DNA of 64,000 bases from an uncultured delta proteobacterium (lineage in GTDB: Bacteria; Myxococcota; Myxococcia; Myxococcales; Myxococcaceae), in contig CAVZMH010000016.1 in the NCBI GenBank assembly GCA_963776345.1, forward strand, positions 480,001 to 544,000, written 5' to 3'. Positions 12,409 through 21,941 of this stretch are shown piece after piece. Below the pieces are notes generated by a model. The model was given only the letters and a program-made list of their open reading frames with translations, ran no database searches and was not told the DNA's origin. A program made the position numbers and the translations under genes. How positions within the stretch are numbered: the first letter of the stretch is position 1; the number at the start of each line of letters is the position of its first letter.

Positions 12409-13605
12409 TCAGGTCAGCGCGGCAGCAAAGTCTCGCAGCCGCTGGAGTCCCTTCTCCAGGGTCGCTCGCGACGCTGCGAAGGAGAACCGGAGGTGGCCGG
12501 GCGCCCCGAACGGCTCGCCGGGCACGGCGGCGACCAGGAGATCTTCGAGCAGCCGCTCGGAGATGTCGTGGGCCGAGCCGAGCGTCTTCCCCTTCCAGCT
12601 CTTCCCCACCCAGGCGCTCACGTCCGGGAAGGCATAGAAGGCGCCCTCCGGCTTCACGCAGCGGACGCCGGGAATCTGGCTCAACCCCGCGAACAAGAGA
12701 TCTCGCCGCTGATGGAACTCCCGGACCATCGCCTGGATGGGCTCCTGCGGCCCGGTGAGCGCGGCCACCGCGGCCCGCTGGGTGATGCTGTTCACGTTGG
12801 ACGTGGCCTGGTCCTGGACGAGCTGCATTCCGGTGATGAGCGCCTTCGGCCCCGCGGCGTAGCCCATCCGCCAGCCGGTCATGGCGTAGGCCTTGCTCAT
12901 CCCGTTCACCACCAGGGTCCGGGTCCGCAGCGCCGGTGCGACGTTGGCGATGTTGACGAAGGGCTGCCCCGTGTACAGCAGCCGCTCGTAGATGTCGTCG
13001 GTGATGACCAGGATGTCCGGGTGGACCGCCATCACCGTGGCGAGCTCGAGGAGGTTCTCCTTGGGGAGAACCGCCCCGGTCGGGTTGCCCGGGCTGTTGA
13101 AGATGACCGCCCGGGTCCGAGGGGTGATGGCCCGCGCCAGCGCCTCGGGATCCGGACGGAAGCCGTCCTCCACTCGCGTGGGCACGACGACCGGCCGCCC
13201 GCCGGCCAGGAGCACCTGCTCCGGGTAGCTCACCCAGTACGGCGCGAACATGACGACCTCGTCGCCGTCCGAGACCAGCGCCTGGAAGCAGTTGTAGAGC
13301 GCCTGCTTCCCGCCGTTGGTGACGATGACCTGGTCGGCCGCGAAGTCGAGCTGGTTCTCCTCCTTCAGCTTCCGGACGATGGCCGCGCGGAGCTCGGGGA
13401 TGCCCGTGGTCGCCGTGTACTTGGTGAAGCCCTCGCGCAAGGCCTGGATCGCGGCCTCCTTGATGTGCTCGGGCGTGTCGAAGTCCGGCTCCCCCGCCGA
13501 CAGACCGGCGACGTCCTTCCCCGCGGCGGCGAGGGCCTTGGCCCGCGCGTTCAGGGCCAGGGTGGGCGACGGCTGGATCTCGGCGAGGCGGCGGGCAAGC
13601 TTCAT
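12409..13605 (-). CDS. PLP-dependent aminotransferase class I/II (aspartate aminotransferase type)
   Basis: GEPDFDTP, NSPGNPTG, DDIYE and SKAYAMTGWRMGY. Confidence 0.95.
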   Translation of the reverse strand: MKLARRLAEIQPSPTLALNARAKALAAAGKDVAGLSAGEPDFDTPEHIKEAAIQALREGFTKYTATTGIPELRAAIVRKLKEENQLDFAADQVIVTNGGKQALYNCFQALVSDGDEVVMFAPYWVSYPEQVLLAGGRPVVVPTRVEDGFRPDPEALARAITPRTRAVIFNSPGNPTGAVLPKENLLELATVMAVHPDILVITDDIYERLLYTGQPFVNIANVAPALRTRTLVVNGMSKAYAMTGWRMGYAAGPKALITGMQLVQDQATSNVNSITQRAAVAALTGPQEPIQAMVREFHQRRDLLFAGLSQIPGVRCVKPEGAFYAFPDVSAWVGKSWKGKTLGSAHDISERLLEDLLVAAVPGEPFGAPGHLRFSFAASRATLEKGLQRLRDFAAALT

Positions 13606-13760
13606 GAGTCCACTGGTACCAGTCCGGGCCGACGCGGCTCAAGAGGCAGGGCGCGACGTGCCCGCCCCGGGGCCCTGGTCGGCGCTCACCGCTGGCGCGC
13701 CCCTTCCCTGCCCGTGCTGTGATGCTGGCCGCGGAGCCCACCCGTGACGGGGGAACCACC

Positions 13761-14114
13761 ATGTCCCAGCTTGCCGACGCCCTCTTCGCCCTGTCCCCCA
13801 AGGTCCGGTACGTCGCCCTCCTCCGCGGGCGGGACCTGACGCTCCGGGAGAGGCCCGGGCTCTCCGGGGCGAGCGCATCCGAGACCGACCGCTACGAAGA
13901 GCTGCTGGTCAATCCGGCCGTCCTCACGCTGCTCCAGCGGCGGGGGGAGCTGGATTGCGGGGGCCTCGACCAGGTGTGGATTCGCTACGGGAACTTCTGG
14001 ACCGGCCTCTTCCCGCTCGAGGACGGGCACCTCAACGTCGGGCTCGAACCGGACGCCGTCCCCACCGACCTCGTTCCGCGGATTCGAGCCGAGCTGGCGA
14101 GGCTCGGCAGCTGA
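13761..14114 (+). CDS. Small hypothetical protein, possibly roadblock/profilin-like fold
   Basis: Typical GC3-rich codon use in a gap between aminotransferase and coaD. Alternating helix/strand pattern. Confidence 0.65.
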   Translation: MSQLADALFALSPKVRYVALLRGRDLTLRERPGLSGASASETDRYEELLVNPAVLTLLQRRGELDCGGLDQVWIRYGNFWTGLFPLEDGHLNVGLEPDAVPTDLVPRIRAELARLGS

Positions 14115-14150
14115 CTCACGGGTACCGGAGGGCCGCGGCGAGCGCGACGG

Positions 14151-14639
14151 TCACCCGCCGTTCTTCGGCGGGAACTTCTCCTGGAGCGCCCGGAACACGT
14201 TGGGGGGCACCAGCGCCGCCACGTCTCCGCCGAGCGAGGCCACCTCACGCACCAGCTGCGACGAGATGTAGAAGCTGTCCTGCCCGGTCATCATGAACAC
14301 CGTCTCGAACTCCGGGTCCAGCTTCCGGTTCATGTTGGCCAGCTGGAACTCGTACTCGAAGTCGGACACCGCGCGCAGACCGCGCAGGATGAGGTGGACG
14401 CCCTTCCGCCGCGTGTAGTGGACGAGCAGGCCCTGGAACGCGTCCACCTCCACCCGCGGGTCGGGGAAGGCCTCGCGGATGAGCTGCTTGCGCTCCTCCA
14501 CGGTGAACATGGCCTGCTTCCGTGGGTTGTTCAGCACGGCGACGATCAGCCGGTCGAACATGGTGAGGCCGCGGTGGATGATGCTCAGGTGCCCGTTGGT
14601 CAGCGGGTCGAAGGAGCCGGGGTAGATGGCGATGGCCAC
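14151..14639 (-). CDS. coaD: Phosphopantetheine adenylyltransferase
   Basis: [24 protein letters not shown] and ISSQLVRE. Start is GTG 14639 or ATG 14654. Confidence 0.97.
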   Translation of the reverse strand: MAIAIYPGSFDPLTNGHLSIIHRGLTMFDRLIVAVLNNPRKQAMFTVEERKQLIREAFPDPRVEVDAFQGLLVHYTRRKGVHLILRGLRAVSDFEYEFQLANMNRKLDPEFETVFMMTGQDSFYISSQLVREVASLGGDVAALVPPNVFRALQEKFPPKNGG

Positions 14640-14675
14640 GCGGGCCTCGAGCATCTTCGCTCAGTCGCCGGACCG

Positions 14676-15236
14676 TCAAGGAGCCGTTGCCCACCGGTAC
14701 AGGCTCACCGCCGTGTCCCCGAACCGGCGCGAGTCCACCCGCTCCAGACCGGCCAGCAGGTCGGGCGCGGCCTCCCGCCGGCCGTGCTCCACCACCAGCG
14801 TGCCTCCCTCGGCGAGGAGCCGCCCCTCCCCCACCCCGCGCACCACCTCCGCCACGGCCTCCTCGGCGTACGGCGGGTCGGCGAACACCAGCGAGAAGCG
14901 CCGGCCCTCGGCGGCCAGCCGCAGGAGCGCCCTCGCCACCGGCATCCGGAGCAGCTCGATCGAGCGCTCCATCCCCAGCGCGCGGGCGTTCTCGGCCACC
15001 AGCCGCGCCGACTCGGCGCCCTGGTCCACGAGCACCGCCCGGCTCACCCCTCGGGAGAGCGCCTCGAAGGCCAGCGCTCCCGTCCCCGCGTAGAGGTCCA
15101 GGACCTCCCCGCCCTCGAAGAACTGCCCGAGCAGGTTGAACAGCGACTCGCGCACCCGGTCCGCGGTGGGCCGGAGCCCGGGGCCCTTCGGCCCGGCCAG
15201 CGGACGCCCCCGGTGCGTGCCGGCGACGATGCGCAC
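14676..15236 (-). CDS. rsmD: 16S rRNA m2G966 methyltransferase
   Basis: MRIVAG, RPTADRVRESLFN, LDLYAGTG and DPPY. Adjacent to coaD. Confidence 0.95.
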   Translation of the reverse strand: MRIVAGTHRGRPLAGPKGPGLRPTADRVRESLFNLLGQFFEGGEVLDLYAGTGALAFEALSRGVSRAVLVDQGAESARLVAENARALGMERSIELLRMPVARALLRLAAEGRRFSLVFADPPYAEEAVAEVVRGVGEGRLLAEGGTLVVEHGRREAAPDLLAGLERVDSRRFGDTAVSLYRWATAP

Positions 15237-15249
15237 AGCGCGCCGGTGG

Positions 15250-16200
15250 CTACCCGGCTCCCGAGCCGGCGTACCCCTGACTCTCGATCTGCAGGGTGCT
15301 GTGGTCGATGCCGAAGCGCTCCACCAGCGCCCGCTTGGCGGCCGCCAGGATGGTGTCGTTCTCGCAGGCGGTTGGCTCGTCCACCACCAGGTGCGCCGAG
15401 AGCGCCACCATCCCGCTGCCCACGGTCCAGATGTGGAGATCGTGCACCGCCGTCACCCGGGGAATGGCCTCCAGCGCCTTCCCCACCCCCTCCACGTCCA
15501 CGTGCGGCGGCACGGTCTCCAGCAGAACGTCCACCGCCTCGCGGAGCACCCGCCACCCGCCCACCACCACCACCACCGAGATGCCGATGGAGATGGCCGG
15601 ATCCACCCAGGTCCAGCCGGTGAAGGCCATCACCCCGGCGCCCACCAGCACGCCGACGCTGGAGAGCGCGTCCCCGAGCACGTGCAGGAACGCCGACCGC
15701 GTGTTCAGCGAGTGCCCCGAGTGCAGGAACCCCATCGCCAGGAGGTTGGCCCCCAGGCCGATGGCCGCCACCAGCGCCATGGGGCCGAGGTGCACCGCGC
15801 TCGGATGCTTCAGCCGGGCGAGCGCCTCGACGACGATGAAGACGGTGATGGCCAGGAGCAGCACCCCGTTCACCAGCGCGCTCAGGATCTCCAGCCGCAC
15901 GTACCCGTAGGTCCGCTTGCGGTTGGCGGGACGACCGGCGAACCAGGCCGCCAGCAGCGCCAGCCCGAGCGCCGAGACGTCGGTCCACATGTGCCCCGCG
16001 TCCGAGAGCAGGGCCAGCGAGTGGGTGAGCCAGCCCCCGACCGCCTCCACCACCGCGATCAGGCAGGTGAGGAGCAGCGCCGCGGTCATCCGCCGGGCGT
16101 CGCGCGAGCGCCCCGCGTCGGCGCTCCGGAGGCCCGGGCTGTCGCAGGGCGGGGCGTGATCGGAGAGGGACGCCGGTGGATGCGGATGGACGTGGGTCAC
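15250..16200 (-). CDS. Cation diffusion facilitator (CzcD/ZitB-like Zn/Co efflux)
   Basis: SLALLSDAGHM, TYGYVRLEILSA, AFLHVLGD and VHDLHIW. Confidence 0.93.
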   Translation of the reverse strand: MTHVHPHPPASLSDHAPPCDSPGLRSADAGRSRDARRMTAALLLTCLIAVVEAVGGWLTHSLALLSDAGHMWTDVSALGLALLAAWFAGRPANRKRTYGYVRLEILSALVNGVLLLAITVFIVVEALARLKHPSAVHLGPMALVAAIGLGANLLAMGFLHSGHSLNTRSAFLHVLGDALSSVGVLVGAGVMAFTGWTWVDPAISIGISVVVVVGGWRVLREAVDVLLETVPPHVDVEGVGKALEAIPRVTAVHDLHIWTVGSGMVALSAHLVVDEPTACENDTILAAAKRALVERFGIDHSTLQIESQGYAGSGAG

Positions 16201-16253
16201 GTGGGAGTGCTCGGAGCTCCTGGTTACACTACGGCCCGGTGAGTCGCGATGCC

Positions 16254-17156
16254 ATGCCCTCGCCGCCCTCCCGGGGCGCGCCCAGGACCTTCCGTGTCGC
16301 GCGACCGGATGGCGCGGAGATCCATGTGGAGATCGAGGGTCGCGGCAGCCCCGCGGTGGTCCTCTGCGACGGCCTGGCCTGCGACGGGTTCGCCTGGAAG
16401 TACCTCCGGCCAGTCCTCGCGGAGCACCACCGGGTCATCCACTGGCACTACCGCGGACACGGCCAGTCGCCGCTCCCGCCGCCGGGCGTCGCCCCGTCCA
16501 TCCCCCAGTTCGCCGACGACCTCGCGGCCGTGCTCGACGCGGCGCGCGTCCGGAGCGCGGTCATCGTGGGGCACAGCATGGGCGTGCAGCTGGCGCTCGA
16601 GTTCCACCGGCTGCACCCGGCGCGGACGAGCGGCCTGGTGCTCGTCTCCGGCAGCCCCGGCCACCCGCTCGACACCTTCCACGACACCACCCTGCTCCGC
16701 CGCGCGCTGCCCTCGCTCCGGAGGGGCGCCGAGCGCTTCCCCCGGGTAGCGGCCGTGCTCACCCGGGTGGGCGTCCGCAGCGGGCTGGCGATGGAGGTGG
16801 CGATGTCGGTCGAGGTCAACGCGAGCCTCCTCCGCCGGAGCGACCTCCAGCCCTACTTCGAGCACGTGGAGCAGATGGACCCCCGCTACTTCCTCCGGGC
16901 GATGCAGGCCGCCGCCGAGCACGGCGCCGAGGACCACCTCCCGGTGGTCGACGTGCCCACCCTCGTCGTCGCCGGGGATCGCGACCGCTTCACGCCCACC
17001 TGGCTCTCGCGCCGGATGGCCCTGGAGATTCCGTCTGCCGAGCTGTTCCTGGTTCGAGGTGGGAGCCACACCGCGCTTCTGGAACGACCGGAGGAAGTGA
17101 ACCGCGCTGTGCTCGACTTCCTCCACCGCCGCGTCCCGCCGCGGCGGCGCGCTTGA
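16254..17156 (+). CDS. Alpha/beta hydrolase
   Basis: YRGHGQS, GHSMG nucleophile elbow, GDRD acid and GSH His. Confidence 0.9.
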   Translation: MPSPPSRGAPRTFRVARPDGAEIHVEIEGRGSPAVVLCDGLACDGFAWKYLRPVLAEHHRVIHWHYRGHGQSPLPPPGVAPSIPQFADDLAAVLDAARVRSAVIVGHSMGVQLALEFHRLHPARTSGLVLVSGSPGHPLDTFHDTTLLRRALPSLRRGAERFPRVAAVLTRVGVRSGLAMEVAMSVEVNASLLRRSDLQPYFEHVEQMDPRYFLRAMQAAAEHGAEDHLPVVDVPTLVVAGDRDRFTPTWLSRRMALEIPSAELFLVRGGSHTALLERPEEVNRAVLDFLHRRVPPRRRA

Positions 17157-17213
17157 CCCCCGACGGCGGCGGCGGTCACGCTTCGAGGTGACGAGGCTCG
17201 CCGCCGCGCCCTC

Positions 17214-19466
17214 TTGAGCGACGACACCACCACCCTTCATCCCATCCCCACCACCCAGCCGCAGCCGGTGACGGCGTGGCTGGTGGTGACCGCCGCCTCC
17301 ACGCCGGGGACGGTGGGGCGCTCCTTCAAGATCAGCAGCGAGGAGTCCATCGTCGGCCGCAGCCCCGACTCCCAGGTCCGGCTGATGGAGGAGGGCGTCT
17401 CCCGTCGGCACGCCAGGATCGTCCGCTCGCCCGAGGGGAAGTTCGAGCTCACCGACCTCGGCTCGACCAACGGCACCTACCTCAACGGGACCCGGCTCGC
17501 CGACCCCGGGCGGCTGGACGAGGGCGACCGGGTCCAGCTCGGGGGGCAGTGCATCCTCCGCTTTTCCTTCAAGGAGAGCTCGGACGGCGACGAGAACCTC
17601 CGCGAGGCGCTTGCCGCCGCGCAGGTCGCCACCTTCAGCCTGGATCTCCGCAACCGGATCATCGGCTGGAACGAGACCGTGGAGCGGGTGGTGGGCGCGC
17701 CGGCGGGCACCCTCTCCCGCACCGCGCTCCCGATGATGGATTTCGTCCACGCCGACGACCACGACCGGGTCCGCGGCGCGGTGGACACCGCAGTTCAGGG
17801 CCGCCGGCAATTCGACGCCGAGTTCCGCTTCATCCGCCCCGGCGCCGAGGGCTCGCTCTGGGTCGCGGCCAAGGGCAACGTGATGCGCGACGCGGACGAC
17901 ACGCCGCTGCGCATCGTCGGCACGCTGATGGATGTCAGCGCCCGGAAGCAGACCGAGCAGGAGCTCCGGCGCGAGGCGCTGCTCTTCGAGAGCCTGAACG
18001 ACGGCGTCATCTTCCTAGACCTGCAGGGGAGCGTCGTCGACTGGAACAGCTCCGCCGAGCGGCTCTTCGGCTACTCCAAGGGCGAGGTCCTCGGGCGCGC
18101 CTGGTCGGACGTGCTGAAGCTGTCCGAGAACAACCTCCAGGCCACGGTGCTCGCCGCGCTCAGGCGCTACGGCCGCTGGAGCCGCGAGGTGGTGGCGCTG
18201 CGGAAGGACGGCTCGGAGACCTTCTGCGAGGTGACGGTGGTGCCCCTGCGCGACGCGGACGGCCGGCACATCGCCACCATCGCGGTGCACCGGGACATCG
18301 GCGAGCGCCGGGCGATGCAGGCCCAGCTCCTCGTCGCCAGCCGCCTGGCCTCGGTGGGCACCCTGGCCGCGGGCGTGGCGCACGAGATCAACAACCCCCT
18401 GGCCTTCGTCAACGCCAACGTCCTCTACCTGGCCGACGAGCTGGAGCGCTTGCGCGCCACGCTCGGGCCCGCCACCGACGAGATCCTCCAGCTGGTCGCC
18501 GAGACCCGGCAGGGCGTGGAGCGAATCGGCCTCATCGTCCGCGACCTCAAGGCGTTCAGCCGGGTCGACTCCGAGGACGTCTCGGCCGTGGTGGACGTCC
18601 GCAAGGTGCTCGCCTTCGCCGAGAAGATGGCGGGCAAGGAGATGCGGCAGCGCGCGCGGGTGCTTCGCGACGTCCAGCCCGTGCCGATGGTGAAGGCCAA
18701 CGAGTCCCGGCTCGGGCAGGTGTTTCTGAACCTCCTGCTCAACGCCGCCCAGGCCATCCCCGACGGGGCCACCGCGGAGAACGAGATCCGGATCCGCACC
18801 CGCACCGACGGCCTCGGACGCGCGGTGGTCGAGGTGTCCGACACCGGCCGGGGGATCCCCGAGGAGATCCGGGCCCGGGTGTTCGACCCGTTCTTCACCA
18901 CCAAGCCCCTGGGCGAGGGCACGGGGCTCGGGCTGTCCATCTGCCTGGGCATCGTGCGGTCGCTCGGCGGGGAGATCCTCCTCGAGTCAGAGGTGGGCAA
19001 GGGCAGCACCTTCCGGGTCGCGCTCCCGGCGCACCAGCCCGAGCGCTCCACCGCCGCCTTCCCCGCGCCCGAGCTGCCGCCGCCCACACGGGTGAAGCTC
19101 CTGGTGGTCGACGACGAGCCCTACATCTGCACCGCCATCCAGCGGCTCCTCCGCCGCGAGCACCGGGTGACGGCGCTCACCACGGTGCGCGAGGCGCTGG
19201 CCCTGCTCGAGGGCGGCGAGCGGTTCGACGTCATCCTCTCGGATCTCATGATGCCGGAGCAGAACGGCGAGGACTTCTACAAGGAGCTGAAGCGGGTGGC
19301 GCCGGACCAGGCCCGGCGGATGATCTTCATGACCGGGGGGGCGTTCACCCCCCGGAGCGAGGAGTTCCTCCGCAGCTCGCCGGTGCCCCAGGTCGCCAAG
19401 CCCATCAGCCTGGAGATGCTCCAGGGGGCGATCCGCCAGGTCTTCGAGTCGGCAGCGCGCAACTGA
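17214..19466 (+). CDS. Hybrid histidine kinase, FHA-PAS-PAS-HisKA-HATPase-REC (EspA-like architecture)
   Basis: FHA ([17 protein letters not shown]), two PAS domains, AHEINNPL H-box, PFFTTK...GTGLGL, and receiver VVDDE/SDLMMP/KP. Confidence 0.92.
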   Translation: MSDDTTTLHPIPTTQPQPVTAWLVVTAASTPGTVGRSFKISSEESIVGRSPDSQVRLMEEGVSRRHARIVRSPEGKFELTDLGSTNGTYLNGTRLADPGRLDEGDRVQLGGQCILRFSFKESSDGDENLREALAAAQVATFSLDLRNRIIGWNETVERVVGAPAGTLSRTALPMMDFVHADDHDRVRGAVDTAVQGRRQFDAEFRFIRPGAEGSLWVAAKGNVMRDADDTPLRIVGTLMDVSARKQTEQELRREALLFESLNDGVIFLDLQGSVVDWNSSAERLFGYSKGEVLGRAWSDVLKLSENNLQATVLAALRRYGRWSREVVALRKDGSETFCEVTVVPLRDADGRHIATIAVHRDIGERRAMQAQLLVASRLASVGTLAAGVAHEINNPLAFVNANVLYLADELERLRATLGPATDEILQLVAETRQGVERIGLIVRDLKAFSRVDSEDVSAVVDVRKVLAFAEKMAGKEMRQRARVLRDVQPVPMVKANESRLGQVFLNLLLNAAQAIPDGATAENEIRIRTRTDGLGRAVVEVSDTGRGIPEEIRARVFDPFFTTKPLGEGTGLGLSICLGIVRSLGGEILLESEVGKGSTFRVALPAHQPERSTAAFPAPELPPPTRVKLLVVDDEPYICTAIQRLLRREHRVTALTTVREALALLEGGERFDVILSDLMMPEQNGEDFYKELKRVAPDQARRMIFMTGGAFTPRSEEFLRSSPVPQVAKPISLEMLQGAIRQVFESAARN

Positions 19467-19614
19467 ACCGCGACGCGCGCGGGCGCCCATCCGCCGCTCC
19501 ACGAGCCTCCCCCGGGGTGCGGGGGACCGGGTGCGGCGCGCACACGAGGTTGCGGACCTGCAAGGGCACACGCTATGAGCACGCCGCGCCGTGGCTCCGC
19601 CCGGCCGACCCTTC

Positions 19615-21462
19615 ATGATTCCTCGCGAAAACATCCGGAACGTGGCCATCGTGGCCCACGTCGACCACGGCAAGACCACCCTGGTCGACCACATGCTGCG
19701 CCAGGCGGGGGTGTTCCGCTCGAACGAGGCACTGACCGACCGGGTCATGGACTCGAACGACCTGGAGCGTGAGAAGGGCATCACCATCCTCGCCAAGAAC
19801 ACCGCGGTGCAGTACCGCGGACACCAGATCAACATCATCGACACCCCCGGCCACGCGGACTTCGGCGGGGAGGTCGAGCGCGGGCTCCGGCTGGTGGACG
19901 GCGTGCTCCTCCTGGTGGACGCCGCCGAGGGCCCGCTCCCGCAGACGCGGTTCGTGCTCTCCAAGGCCCTGTCGATGGGCCTGAAGACGGTGCTGGTGAT
20001 CAACAAGATCGACCGGCAGGACGCGCGCCCGCGCGAGGTGCTGGACCAGGTCTACTCGCTGTACATCGACCTCGGGGCGGACGAGTCGCAGATCGACTTC
20101 CCGGTGCTCTACGCCGTCGCCCGCGCCGGCCAGGCCTCGCCCTCGCTCGCCCAGCCCGGAGAGGACCTGCGGCCGCTGTTCGAGTCGATCCTCTCGCACA
20201 TCCCGCCGCCGCCCGCCCCGGCCGAGGGTGAGGATCGGCTGAAGCTCCTGGTCGCCAACCTGGACTACGACGACTACGTCGGTCGTCTGGCCATCGGCCG
20301 GGTCCACTCGGGCCGCATCACCTCGGGCGCGTCCCTGGCGGTGGTGCGCGACGGCAACAAGGTCGAGCCAGGCAAGGTGCTGAAGCTCTACGGCTTCTCG
20401 GGGCTGAAGCGGGTGGAGATCGCCGACGCGGGCCCGGGCGAGCTGGTGAGCGTCGCCGGCATCGAGCAGGTGAGCATCGGGGACACGCTGGCCGATCCCG
20501 AGTCCCCGGTCGCCCTGCCCCGCATCACGGTGGACGAGCCCACCATGATGATGGTCTTCCGGGTCAATGACGGCCCGCTCGCCGGCCGCGAGGGGAAGTA
20601 CGTCACCTCACGGAACCTGCGCGAGCGGCTCTACCGCGAGGCCTACCGGAACGTCTCCATCCGGGTGGAGGACACCGAGACCCCGGACGCCTTCCGGGTC
20701 GTCGGGCGCGGCGAGCTCCAGCTCGCGGTGATCATCGAGACCATGCGCCGCGAGGGCTACGAGCTCACCGCGAGCAATCCCGAGCCCCTCACCCGCGAGG
20801 TCGACGGACAGGTACACGAGCCGATGGAGCTGATGGTCTGCGACGTGCCGGAGGCCTCGGTGGGCGCGGTGACCGAACGGCTCGGCCCCCGGAAGGGCCG
20901 GATGACGGACATGACCGCGCTGGGCAGCGGGCGGACCCGGCTCACCTTCCGCATTCCCGCGCGCGGGCTGGTGGGCTTCCGGAGCGAGTTCCTCACCATC
21001 ACCCGCGGCGAGGGCATCATGTCCTCGCAGTTCGACGGCTACGAGCCCTGGTTCGGCTACATCCCCAAGCGCAGCAACGGGGCCATCGTCTCCGACCGGC
21101 AGGGCGACACCGTGCCCTACGCGCTGTTCTCCATCCAGGAGCGCGGCTCGCTCTTCGTCGGCCCCGGCGTCCAGGTCTACGAGGGGATGATCATCGGCGA
21201 GAACGCCCACCCCTCGGACCTCAACGTCAACGCCTGCCGGGAGAAGAAGCTGACCAACATCCGGGCCGCGGGCCGGGACGAGAACGTCATCCTCACCACG
21301 CCTCGCGAGATGTCGCTGGAGCGCGCGCTGGAGTGGATCGCGCCGGACGAGCTGGTGGAGGTCACCCCGAAGTCGGTGCGGATGCGCAAGCGCGTGCTGG
21401 CCACCGGCGAGCGGTACAAGGCCGACCGGGACCGGAAGCGCGACCAGCTCGCCTCGGGCTGA
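19615..21462 (+). CDS. typA: Translational GTPase TypA/BipA
   Basis: [27 protein letters not shown] and GRGELQL. Confidence 0.97.
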   Translation: MIPRENIRNVAIVAHVDHGKTTLVDHMLRQAGVFRSNEALTDRVMDSNDLEREKGITILAKNTAVQYRGHQINIIDTPGHADFGGEVERGLRLVDGVLLLVDAAEGPLPQTRFVLSKALSMGLKTVLVINKIDRQDARPREVLDQVYSLYIDLGADESQIDFPVLYAVARAGQASPSLAQPGEDLRPLFESILSHIPPPPAPAEGEDRLKLLVANLDYDDYVGRLAIGRVHSGRITSGASLAVVRDGNKVEPGKVLKLYGFSGLKRVEIADAGPGELVSVAGIEQVSIGDTLADPESPVALPRITVDEPTMMMVFRVNDGPLAGREGKYVTSRNLRERLYREAYRNVSIRVEDTETPDAFRVVGRGELQLAVIIETMRREGYELTASNPEPLTREVDGQVHEPMELMVCDVPEASVGAVTERLGPRKGRMTDMTALGSGRTRLTFRIPARGLVGFRSEFLTITRGEGIMSSQFDGYEPWFGYIPKRSNGAIVSDRQGDTVPYALFSIQERGSLFVGPGVQVYEGMIIGENAHPSDLNVNACREKKLTNIRAAGRDENVILTTPREMSLERALEWIAPDELVEVTPKSVRMRKRVLATGERYKADRDRKRDQLASG

Positions 21463-21734
21463 GAGGGGCGCACCGAGCACGCCGCGGCGGCACGGGACGC
21501 GCTGCCTCGGTGGACGCTCGACGAGGCTAGGCTGCGCTGCATGCCAGAGAAGAAGGACGCTCGTGCGCGCGTCGCTGGATGACCATCACCCATCCTGCGA
21601 GCGCGAGAGAGCGCAGGGAGTGGGCGCCCCTGCTGAACGAGTGACGCGGCGGTGCGCGCGCGAGCCACCCGAGGTCCCGAGGCTGGCCCGCGCCCCAGCC
21701 ATCTCCGCCCGGGGCCCCGGGGGGACCAGTCTCA

Positions 21735-21856
21735 GCGCTCAAGATGCTATAGCAATTTCCAACACAATGAGTGCGAGTTCGACCGGTGTAAGTCCTTGAA
21801 GAATCGAAGCGGGTTCACTCGGAGCGTGTGCGTGGTTGCTATAGCGTCTTGAGCGC
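21735..21856. repeat. 21-bp inverted repeat (1 mismatch) enclosing an 80-bp spacer
   Basis: GCGCTCAAGATGCTATAGCAA (21735-55) versus TTGCTATAGCGTCTTGAGCGC (21836-56). Confidence 0.95.
21750..21841. mobile_element. Putative 92-bp MITE with IS630-like ends (TAGCAA...TTGCTA) and TA target duplication
   Basis: TA at 21748-49 and 21842-43 flank inverted termini. The AT-richer interior contrasts with the flanks. The reconstructed empty site is centred on CTAG. Confidence 0.6.
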
Positions 21857-21941
21857 CGGAGCGGCGTCCTTCCCCGCCGCCCGCAATCGGCTGCCCCTCC
21901 CGCCGTGAGCCCTGAAAGCGGTCGGGTTTCGAGGGGACTCC

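Noticed and set aside
21576..21645. Hammerhead ribozyme core (CTGAACGA)
   Set aside because: Spacing does not match CUGANGA and no GAAA partner motif is present.
21527..21742. Minus-strand ORF containing FSRGAHSLRSLA, reminiscent of the GFSRGA lipase motif of DUF2235/Tle1
   Set aside because: Too short, lacks the preceding hydrophobic strand and Gly, and has non-coding-like composition. Probably chance.
21735..21856. Hairpin as integron attC, dif site, retron msr/msd, 6S RNA or tRNA
   Set aside because: No RYYYAAC/GTTRRRY boxes, no XerC/D consensus, no reverse transcriptase nearby, too short for typical 6S, and no cloverleaf.
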